IMG/VR virus record: IMGVR_UViG_3300028844_006119
Span: 78,187 to 142,186 of that record
Origin: a virus
Direction: 5' to 3' (one strand)
DNA length: 64,000 nt
Under the pieces are notes generated by a model. The model was not told the DNA's origin and ran no database searches. It saw only the letters and a program-made list of their open reading frames with translations. Shown piece by piece: positions 9,401 to 16,775 of this stretch. Made by a program: the position numbers and the translations under genes. Each line of letters begins with the position of its first letter. The first letter of the stretch is position 1.

Positions 9401-12400
9401 GCAGGGACAGCGTCCGCCTCCCCCCAAGGTCCCTACCTCGATGGAGCACTTCAAGAAGTACCTACGGGCTACGGGGGTCTATGCCGAGGAGACTGGCGGT
9501 GTGTACTCCCTGTCTCCCATGACGGATGCTCAGACCCTAGGGCAGAGTAAAGGCGCGCTCGTAGCGGCGGATAAGACGCTGGTGGCAAAGGGGATGCTCA
9601 CCAAGGAAGAAAAGGGCGGCCTGTTTGATAGGGGCAAGACCGGAGGCATGGAGGGCAAATTCTGGTCCCACATCGACATGAAGACCCGGATGCCCAACCC
9701 AATGTTTGAGACCGCAATCCAGTCTCTGCTCGGCCTAAAAAAGGCGGAGTTTGAAAAGCTGGTCTCCGAAAACGGAGCCGTGGGGAAGAAGTCCGGGTTC
9801 CAGATCATTGAGGAGCGTCTGCGCGCCATCAAGGTTCCCTCCGAGCTAAAGAAGGCGGAAGAGGAGCTGAAGACCGCTAAGAAGGCGGACCTCAACAAGA
9901 AGTACAAGAAGGTCCGGTATCTTCGCGCGCTGAAGGAGCTCAAGACCTCTCCGGTAGACGCCTATACGAACCAGCATCTCCCAGTGCTGCCTCCCATCTT
10001 GAGGCCGGTAAAGATTGGATACGACGGCACACAGATGATTGATGCCGCGAATCAGTACTACGCCATGATCGGCCAGATGACCAAGCAGGTAGAGCAGGGG
10101 AAGAAGGAGGGGCTGCCGAAGGCCGACATCTTCAAGAGAGAAGCGCAGCTATACGACCTGGTCCGTGCGTTGCGCCTGAATGGCATGACTCAGGAAGGCA
10201 GGGAGCTTCCCAGTCTGATGGACAAGATGACGGGCTCGAAGCCCAAACACTCATTCTTTCAGCAGGGTGTTCTGTCGAAGCGGCAGGACTTGTCGGGCCG
10301 GACGGTCGTTACCCCAGAGCCCGCATTGAAGATGGACCAGGTGGGCATCCCTGTCGATATGGCGATGGAGACGTACAAGCCGTTCGTCATCAGAGAGCTG
10401 TGGCGTCGTATGGGAATCGCCAAGAGCCCTGGCGAAGCAAGACGCATGATCAAGAAGAACCACCCCTCCGCCAAGAAAGCGTTGGAGAGGGTGATTACTC
10501 AGCGTCCAGTAATCATGAAGAGAGACCCTGCGCTTCATATGTTTTCTACTATGGCCTTCAAGCCAGTTCTTGTGCCGGGGAAGTCGATCAAGATCCACCC
10601 ACTTGTGTGCGGCGGCTTCAACGCGGACTTCGATGGCGACACCATGGCCATGTATGTGCCCGTGACTGAGGAAGCTGCGGAGGAGGCCCTGGAGAAGATG
10701 CTCCCGTCTAAGAACCTGTTTTCCCCCACACACGGGGGCCTCATGTTGACCCCCAGCCAGGATGCCGTTCTCGGCATCTACCAGGCTACAAAGTGGGGCA
10801 AGAAGGTTCCTGGAATCCTTACGGAGGAGCAGGCGCTTCAGCAGCTGAAGAACGGAAAGTTGAAGTCTGACAACGTCATCACGGTCAAGGGCCACAAGAA
10901 GCCTACGACTGCGGGAAGACTGCGGATCAACAAGACCCTGCCCGGCAGCGTAAAGAATGATCCCGAGCTTCTATACGATCCCAAATTCCGCATGGCCAAG
11001 GGCGCTATGAAGGGATTCGCAACTCGAGTAGCCCAATCCGATCCGGATGAGTTCTCCGGCATGATCGACGGATGGAAGGAGTTGGGGTTCACGCTGTCAT
11101 ATAAGAACGGTAGTTCGTTCAGCCTGAATGATTTTCACGACGGTAAGACCATCCGAGACAACGTCCTGAAGAAGTACAAGAAGGAAGAGAATGTGATTCG
11201 CAAGTCTGGTATTTCTCGTAAAAAGAAGGACCAGAAGATTATCGCCCTGTACCAAAAAGCAGGCGAGGAACTCAAGGTTATCGGGCAGGCCCACTACAAG
11301 GCTAAAAAAGACAACCGTATGTGGGAGTGGGCTGAAAGCGGTGCGCGAAGCAACTGGGGCCAGTTCGGTCAGTTGGTCATGGGGCCCATGCTTGTGCAGA
11401 ACCCCTCCAAGGAGTTTGTGCCTGTACCGCTCACTACCTCGTTTGGGGAGGGGCTCCCGATCTCTCAGTACTGGGCAGCGCTGCATGGCGCCCGAAAGGG
11501 AACCCTGGATCGCGCAGCAGGAACTAGAGACCCCGGAGCGCTCACCAAGGAGTTGATCAACACAGTCATTGCGTACTCTGTGACCGACAAGGACTGTGGT
11601 ACTTCCAAGGGCACTCTGATGTCCGTCATGGCGAAGGACATCGAGGGCAGGTACCTGGCGCGCGAGGTGCCCCTGAAGAGCGGGGACAAACTGACCCGTG
11701 GAACCCTGGTCAGCTCGGCATTGTTGACCAGGATGAAGAACTCCGGCCCCCAGAAGGTCCTGGTGCGCTCCCCTCTTCACTGCCAGCAGGCAACGGGCAT
11801 TTGCGCCACTTGCTATGGGCTTAACGAGAGAGGAACTCTCTACAAAAAGGGAACCAACGTTGGCATCATTGCCGGCCATGCCCTCGGAGAGCCAGTCACT
11901 CAGATGCAGATGCGGACGTTCCACACGGGCGGCGCCGGAACCGACGGGCTGACGGATTACTTCCAGCAGGCAAAGGACCTCTTCAAGGTGCCCGAGAAGC
12001 TACGAGGTGCCGCTACGTTGGCGGAGGTCACCGGCAGGGTAGATAAAATCGAGACGGATGCCCTTGGCGGTAAGAAGGTCACGATTGGCGGAAAGCTGCA
12101 CGTTGTCCCCCACTCGACCCCACTCCTCCCGAAGATTAGGGTCGGGGCGGACGTGAAGAAGACAGACGCGCTCTCTGTTGGTCGGAAAAATCCGCACGAC
12201 ATCCTTCGGATCTCCAACAACATCCATGCTGTCCGCAATCACCTCACGACAGAGCTAGACTCTCTGTACGTAGAGACTACGGGGAACGAGAGGCGGAGGA
12301 ACATCGAGACGGTGATCCGTGCGATGACCGATGTTGCGCAGGTGACCGAAAGCTCTGAGCACGAGAACCTGCTCAATGGGCAGATGATGTCTCTTTCCCG

Positions 12401-12758
12401 GATTGAGAACAGGAACAAAGAGCTGAAGAAGTTGGGACTCCCCACCATCCAGCACAAGCCTCTGCTGAAGCCTATGGACAAAGTCCCGCTTTCCGGTAAA
12501 GAAGACTGGATGGCGCGACTAAACTTCCAGAGGCTTAAGGACACCCTTATCGAGGGCGGGGCACAGAACTGGAAGTCAGATATCCAGGGTCACCCCATCC
12601 CAGGCCTGGCGCATGGTGCGGCGTTTGGACTGCAAGCCCCAAAGACCGCAGCCATAAGCTCCCCTTTCCCCAAGCCCCCCAAACCTGTTAAACTTCCGGC
12701 ACCTGTGCCTGCCGCCCCGCAGGGCATCTTCGGGTCCTTCTTTGGAGCAAAGTCATGA
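6420..12758 (+). CDS. rpoBC: DNA-directed RNA polymerase, fused beta-beta' subunit (phage-encoded)
   Basis: Beta motifs in order: NPLQF..H, HLGLLDPLQTPE, GYNFED, GDKLSGRHGNKG, GVPSRMNVGQ, YMLKL, GGQRIG. Then beta' motifs: LPVLPP.LRP, KRQDLSGR, catalytic NADFDGD (10620..10640), GARKG bridge helix, GEPVTQMQMRTFHTGG trigger loop. Confidence 0.97.
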   Translation: MANLAPGDAYRLLEERTKEAIKSHFPVEGRENRLELVDISTDEDASSASGKHHSYNHTSQTDAKLHDRTWGPNIVGTFRLVNMETGKVVDQGKRTLGQLPKITSRYSYIVEGNERQVDSVFRLNPGAYHVEADNGDLLAKWNVAAGSKVGSFKISIERKHPKKLGAMYLIVKSGTQSTRKIPAYGILSALGVSDPAMRKAWGESVFEVNRRISKPNDLLNFHEAVEKRRAGKDKYETPTLSEARKFAKEVFEGAEVNPDTMLATLGKKFTNISGDALLASSAKVVGISKGTAEPDDRQSLSNKRLFGMEDFIHEEISKGSSRFEMQKKIRNNLDRKGKISDILPAASVGYGRLITRKFKAAQLPTQTNPLQFVSNHTKTTILGQAFGGIKGDNVNLDRDKLINPSHLGLLDPLQTPENTSTGVSLHIPIGANKKGQQLYTKVLNVKTGKFENKNAAEMEKAVVAYPDQVKITRTKTGATVRPLHPDVVVYDSDRSTAKRPWKDVQYVLPNAKTLFSVSANMIPFVQNDNGNRAMMAAKHQEQAVSLKDREAPLVQAEFAGGVSFDQMIGKLNSTTASVAGTVSRITKDSVYIKGAAGKAVSHPIYNHHPLNGTKHMMHSTPVVKVGDKVKVGQLIADSNFTKDGTLSLGTNLRVGYLPYKGYNFEDGTVISETAAKKLVSTHLHIEEAEMFANVVVNRKLWRNFAGANKATAEVMSKLDEDGVIKEGAKVVPDDVLITRLVKAEMTRENQDVKRSLKKAIRDYKDAAVVWKHEYGGTVVRVVKTAKKIQVHIRTEQTMEPGDKLSGRHGNKGIITKILPDDMMPKDKSGKPVHVLMSPAGVPSRMNVGQVLETAASKIARKTGKSYKIENFDASVDYSQKIKDELKKHNLSDTEELFDPETGESLGQIFTGEQYMLKLDHQAEKKVSARSGGSGYAYRPTGEAISGSGIGKGGQRIGGLDTYALLAHGAKRNLMEMQTYKSDSEQARDVWIRVMQGQRPPPPKVPTSMEHFKKYLRATGVYAEETGGVYSLSPMTDAQTLGQSKGALVAADKTLVAKGMLTKEEKGGLFDRGKTGGMEGKFWSHIDMKTRMPNPMFETAIQSLLGLKKAEFEKLVSENGAVGKKSGFQIIEERLRAIKVPSELKKAEEELKTAKKADLNKKYKKVRYLRALKELKTSPVDAYTNQHLPVLPPILRPVKIGYDGTQMIDAANQYYAMIGQMTKQVEQGKKEGLPKADIFKREAQLYDLVRALRLNGMTQEGRELPSLMDKMTGSKPKHSFFQQGVLSKRQDLSGRTVVTPEPALKMDQVGIPVDMAMETYKPFVIRELWRRMGIAKSPGEARRMIKKNHPSAKKALERVITQRPVIMKRDPALHMFSTMAFKPVLVPGKSIKIHPLVCGGFNADFDGDTMAMYVPVTEEAAEEALEKMLPSKNLFSPTHGGLMLTPSQDAVLGIYQATKWGKKVPGILTEEQALQQLKNGKLKSDNVITVKGHKKPTTAGRLRINKTLPGSVKNDPELLYDPKFRMAKGAMKGFATRVAQSDPDEFSGMIDGWKELGFTLSYKNGSSFSLNDFHDGKTIRDNVLKKYKKEENVIRKSGISRKKKDQKIIALYQKAGEELKVIGQAHYKAKKDNRMWEWAESGARSNWGQFGQLVMGPMLVQNPSKEFVPVPLTTSFGEGLPISQYWAALHGARKGTLDRAAGTRDPGALTKELINTVIAYSVTDKDCGTSKGTLMSVMAKDIEGRYLAREVPLKSGDKLTRGTLVSSALLTRMKNSGPQKVLVRSPLHCQQATGICATCYGLNERGTLYKKGTNVGIIAGHALGEPVTQMQMRTFHTGGAGTDGLTDYFQQAKDLFKVPEKLRGAATLAEVTGRVDKIETDALGGKKVTIGGKLHVVPHSTPLLPKIRVGADVKKTDALSVGRKNPHDILRISNNIHAVRNHLTTELDSLYVETTGNERRRNIETVIRAMTDVAQVTESSEHENLLNGQMMSLSRIENRNKELKKLGLPTIQHKPLLKPMDKVPLSGKEDWMARLNFQRLKDTLIEGGAQNWKSDIQGHPIPGLAHGAAFGLQAPKTAAISSPFPKPPKPVKLPAPVPAAPQGIFGSFFGAKS

Positions 12759-13177
12759 ACAAGATCGCCGCATACGAAATCGCACTCGAGAGAATCGAAC
12801 TTGAGAAGCGGGCTGACTCCCTGGTGGAGGCCTACGGCACCAGTGAGGGCTACATGCCGGGTGCCTACCTTCAGGCGTTTGATCAGATCGAGAAGGAAGC
12901 CGGAATCCAGGCTATCGCAAATATCGGGAGCCGCCTCTCAACAGCGGCGCGAGGCACCATTAAAGGGATGATGGGGAGCGGCGGGGCAGTAGTCCGAAAG
13001 GGCGGGAAGATGCAGCTTAGCAGGGGAGCCGGACTTGGGGACACGGCTAAGTACTACGGAGCTCGAGGCGTGCAGCGCGCGGGAAGATTCGCCATGCAGA
13101 ATCCCGGCGCGACTGCAGCTGTTGGCGGGGTCGGAGGTGTCGGAGCTGCCGGCCTCGGGTACAAGGCTCTGAAGTAG
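12755..13177 (+). CDS. Leader-bearing (MNKIAAYE...FDQIEKEA) basic Gly-rich peptide precursor
   Basis: ATGA-coupled to RNAP; acidic N-half, cationic C-half ending in AVGGVGGVGAAGLGYK. Confidence 0.75.
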   Translation: MNKIAAYEIALERIELEKRADSLVEAYGTSEGYMPGAYLQAFDQIEKEAGIQAIANIGSRLSTAARGTIKGMMGSGGAVVRKGGKMQLSRGAGLGDTAKYYGARGVQRAGRFAMQNPGATAAVGGVGGVGAAGLGYKALK

Positions 13178-13178
13178 A

Positions 13179-14378
13179 ATGCCCGCACCCGTCTCCCCAG
13201 CAGCGCCTTCTCCGGCATTGATCCTCCAAGGGCGCATCTCTGAAGTAGATGCGCCCCGGTGGCTATGCAAGGTGCGGGTTGACGGGAGAGACGATGATGT
13301 GACCACGACCATCCCATCTGTGTACTCTCATCCGATGAACGGGGAGGGGATCCACTTCTTGCCGGAGGTTGGAGCGTTTTGCTACGTCTGCTTTAGCTCC
13401 GACAAGAAGACCATCCCCTTCCTGCTTTCTGCTGGAGCCGCAACGGTGCCGAAGGATCGGTCTTCATCCGAAGGCCTTCCCGGGTCGATGGATATGTTCC
13501 GTCCCCTCCTGACCGCAGGGGACATTGCCCTTCTCACTAGAGACGGCAACGGCCTTACCCTGCGCAGAGGAGGAGTGACGGAACTCAAGGGCACGTCCCT
13601 GGCTAAGATCGTGTTCAACCCGACGATGAACCAGGTGTTCACCATCGCTGAGAACTACCGGGTCCAGACGTTTGGAGGATCTACTGAGTGGAAGAACCTC
13701 CGACGCGAGGAAAACCCAGATGGCCAGGTCAGGACGCGGCTCTCTACTGTGGTCAAGGAGTACGCCACCTCCAAGGGCTACAGTGTCCGTCTCCAGATGG
13801 GTGCCACTGAGGGAGCGCCTGTTGCGCTTCAGGGCGACGATTCGGCAGAGAAAGCGCCGGACAAGGTGGTGGAAGAGTCGGAAGCTGTGACGCTCTCCGG
13901 TACAGGAGATACATACACGGTCACGGTGCCCAAGTCTGTTCCGCTGCTGGACAGCACTAGGGTTGTGGACTTCAGGATCTACGAGGACGAGACGGTCGCT
14001 GAAGATGCGCTAGAGGTAGTGATGAATCTCGGCATGGACCGAGAAGGAGACATCCAACTCGAGACCGATGGCGCTATGAAGATCGACGTGCCCAAGAAGT
14101 GGGTGGAGATTGTCGTTGGAGGCAGCACTCCGTTTATCAATACGGAAGCGGCAGGGGCGCAGAAGGTACTGGTAACTACTGGGACACAGGGCAACACTGA
14201 GCCGGTGATCAAGGGATTCGCATTCCTGTCAGATCTTGCGGCCTCTCTGACCGAGATTAAGACGGCCCTGAACGGGCTCGGCATTCCGACTGTCTCGACG
14301 GATGCCCTATTGGCAAACATCCTTACTTCTGTGGCGGACGGAGCTCCATATCTGTCTACTACTCTGGAGAGTGAATAA
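13179..14378 (+). CDS. Baseplate central spike / gpV-Gp5-like protein
   Basis: N-terminal OB-fold-like GRISEVD...CKVRV...GIHFLPEVGAFCYVCF followed by beta-strand-rich region. Confidence 0.55.
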   Translation: MPAPVSPAAPSPALILQGRISEVDAPRWLCKVRVDGRDDDVTTTIPSVYSHPMNGEGIHFLPEVGAFCYVCFSSDKKTIPFLLSAGAATVPKDRSSSEGLPGSMDMFRPLLTAGDIALLTRDGNGLTLRRGGVTELKGTSLAKIVFNPTMNQVFTIAENYRVQTFGGSTEWKNLRREENPDGQVRTRLSTVVKEYATSKGYSVRLQMGATEGAPVALQGDDSAEKAPDKVVEESEAVTLSGTGDTYTVTVPKSVPLLDSTRVVDFRIYEDETVAEDALEVVMNLGMDREGDIQLETDGAMKIDVPKKWVEIVVGGSTPFINTEAAGAQKVLVTTGTQGNTEPVIKGFAFLSDLAASLTEIKTALNGLGIPTVSTDALLANILTSVADGAPYLSTTLESE

Positions 14379-14611
14379 TGCCCCTCACCGGCACCGAAGA
14401 TGCTCTCTCTGCTGCGATTAAGGCTAAGGTCCAGACTAATAACCCTGACTTTGCCAGTAAGATCGGGGATGATTGGGATTGGCTGTTTGACTCTATCGCC
14501 AAGGCGGTTGTAGATCACGTCAGAGACAATATTTTGGTCGCCGGCACTACGGTTACGACGTGTGGTGCTGGTGCCGGTTCCGGTGTCTTCACCCACGTTT
14601 CCACTTCTTGA
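14378..14611 (+). CDS. Small baseplate/spike-associated hypothetical protein
   Basis: TAATG-coupled to the spike-like gene. Confidence 0.6.
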   Translation: MPLTGTEDALSAAIKAKVQTNNPDFASKIGDDWDWLFDSIAKAVVDHVRDNILVAGTTVTTCGAGAGSGVFTHVSTS

Positions 14612-14619
14612 GGACTAAA

Positions 14620-15960
14620 ATGGCACAACTCCTATTTCTGCCTGATGTCGACCCGAATTCCTTTTTCGAGAAGGAGGCGTCGATCTCGAAGATGCCCGAG
14701 GACGAGAAGGATTGGCCCAGCCACATCCTGAGCATGCTGTACGAGCAGCTGCCCTTCCTCAGCAAGTTCTCGGTCAACATCATGATCCAGAGAATGGAGC
14801 CGGAGGCAGGATTTGCGTTTGGTTACGCCCTGGTTCTGTCTAAGAGCGATCCGCGGGTCTCCACTGAGTCCAAGAACGTTGAGAACGGGATCCGCATTCC
14901 TCTCATCGTGGCAGATCGGCAGCTCCAGCCGTTCCATACCTTTGAGCTGAAGGGACAGGTCCGGCCCCTTACTCCTGAACGAGTCGCGGCTGCCATGATG
15001 AACCCCGCGATGTTCGACGGCCCGGCCACAAAGCCCGAGACTCAGAAGTCTCTCGTCGATCAGATGTACCCGCCCTACCAGCAGCGCCAGGGCTTCGGCA
15101 TGACCAGCAGTGGAAATGCAGGAGGCATGGGTAAGGTCAGTTCTATGCCCCTCTCTGCTATGACGGCCCCACAGCTAAAGCAGCACGCCCGACTGAAGGA
15201 AACTGAGAGGGGAGATGCCGCTGCGGCATCCATGACCAGCGGTCAGCGGCTGGAGCAGGCAGGAAGAGCTGCCATTGTCCCCACTGCTGCGGGTGCGTTG
15301 ATCTCGGCAGGCAGAGGTGCCATGAAAGGCGGCGGGACTTGGAAAAACAGACTTGCCCGTGGGGCGGCTGGGGTCACTACCGGAGCCCTAACGGGTGCGG
15401 GAATCTCTGCAGTAAATACCGGAGTTCAGGAGTCCGCTAGAGTGGCACGGGATGCTCAGAGGGCTAAGTTGGCCTCCCGGATTAAGAAGGGTCTGCCTCC
15501 TGCGCTCGCCCGCAACGCAGCAAAGGTAAAAGCAGTGCAGAATCCGGAGGCGGGCGCAGAGGTCCCTGCGGGGCTGCGGAAGAAGGGTTCGGTAAGGGAA
15601 GCCCACGTAAAGGAAGCACTGGCCCGCCTGGACTTCAATCCCAGCCGTAGGATTCCTTCAAACATGGTTATGAAGGGCTCTAAGGTCAAGGTGATGCCGG
15701 GCGTTACCGCCATGTCCCTGCGCTTCTTCCCCGTCATGGGAACAAAATTTGTAATAGGCGTGGATACCAAGCTGGCGAAGAAGCTCGGGAAGATGAAGGA
15801 TCAGAATCAGATCCGGCAAGCACTAATGGGGCCCATGAAGGCGGAGATCCGGGCTGCGCGCGGTAAGCGCCCCTCCCCCGGAATGTTCATGCTCTTCTCC
15901 AAGACGAAGACGGGATACGCGTACCAGGTTCCCACCCCCATCCCCGGGATGGCCGCGTGA
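14620..15960 (+). CDS. Putative head protein: N-terminal globular part followed by cationic Gly-zipper cargo
   Basis: GAGGA RBS favours ATG 14620; FFEKEAS near N-terminus; composition switches after GMGKVSS. Confidence 0.7.
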   Translation: MAQLLFLPDVDPNSFFEKEASISKMPEDEKDWPSHILSMLYEQLPFLSKFSVNIMIQRMEPEAGFAFGYALVLSKSDPRVSTESKNVENGIRIPLIVADRQLQPFHTFELKGQVRPLTPERVAAAMMNPAMFDGPATKPETQKSLVDQMYPPYQQRQGFGMTSSGNAGGMGKVSSMPLSAMTAPQLKQHARLKETERGDAAAASMTSGQRLEQAGRAAIVPTAAGALISAGRGAMKGGGTWKNRLARGAAGVTTGALTGAGISAVNTGVQESARVARDAQRAKLASRIKKGLPPALARNAAKVKAVQNPEAGAEVPAGLRKKGSVREAHVKEALARLDFNPSRRIPSNMVMKGSKVKVMPGVTAMSLRFFPVMGTKFVIGVDTKLAKKLGKMKDQNQIRQALMGPMKAEIRAARGKRPSPGMFMLFSKTKTGYAYQVPTPIPGMAA

Positions 15961-16775
15961 TTCCCTTCTACCCCAAGTTTGGAAGCCAGGAGGATGCTCC
16001 AGGGTATGGCCCTGCTGCGTCCGAGGATAAGTGCGAGAACTGCGCGCATTATCGTAACTTGGGGAACCAAGGGCACTGCGAGAAGTTCTCGTTTATGTGC
16101 CAGCCTGAGTACGCCTGTGACGACTTCCGGCCTTCGGGAGTAATCAAGGAGTCCAGCGTGGTTGCGGAGGCTGCGGCCCTCCCCCGGAAGAAGGTCGAGG
16201 CGGTACAGGACACTGCGCGTGCCCTAAAAGAGAGAAACATCTCTCGAGCCCTGAACTCTGCCCAAAAAGACCTGATGCCGGGGAGATACGACAAGGCCAT
16301 TGAGAACCTAAAGCATCTATACCCCAAAGAGGCTGCTTCTCCTTTCATGCAGGGACTCGATCCTCTTGCAGGGGAGGTCGCCCGGGGAGCTATCCGGGAT
16401 CGGCTGAATCCCGACGTCTCTTCGGAGGAAATGACCCGCAGACGGAGACTCGCGACGCTGGGCGGAGTAGTCGGAGGCGGAGTCCTGGTCCCTGGCGCAG
16501 TCTCCGCTGTCCTAGGGGCCGGTGTTGGAGCTATGGGGAATAGAGGGTTGGGGAGAGTTACGGGAGCCGCGCGCCAGGCAGGGCGGGCTCTGCGAGGAAC
16601 CTTTACCCGGGCAGGAAGTCCTGCTCTTATTGCCGGGGCAGGGATCGGAGCAATGGGGGCTCGCTCCCAATACGATTTAGGGGCGGGGCTTGCCGAGCTT
16701 GCCGCCGAGAAGCACGCCTCTACCGACCACAGCTTGCGGTCTTTTCTTAGGAAGAATCATGAACAAGAACGCTAA
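15957..16775 (+). CDS. Multi-cassette protein: Cys mini-domain plus Gly-zipper segment, separated by K-x-A/S sites
   Basis: KFGS, KESS, KEAA, KHAS; CENC...C...C; LGGVVGGGVLVPGAVSAVLGAGVGAMG. Confidence 0.65.
   Translation: MIPFYPKFGSQEDAPGYGPAASEDKCENCAHYRNLGNQGHCEKFSFMCQPEYACDDFRPSGVIKESSVVAEAAALPRKKVEAVQDTARALKERNISRALNSAQKDLMPGRYDKAIENLKHLYPKEAASPFMQGLDPLAGEVARGAIRDRLNPDVSSEEMTRRRRLATLGGVVGGGVLVPGAVSAVLGAGVGAMGNRGLGRVTGAARQAGRALRGTFTRAGSPALIAGAGIGAMGARSQYDLGAGLAELAAEKHASTDHSLRSFLRKNHEQER

Noticed and set aside
6420-12758. Cellular rpoB-rpoC locus (bacterial chromosome)
   Set aside because: No ribosomal protein or nusG neighbours; flanked by portal and baseplate genes; highly divergent and shortened
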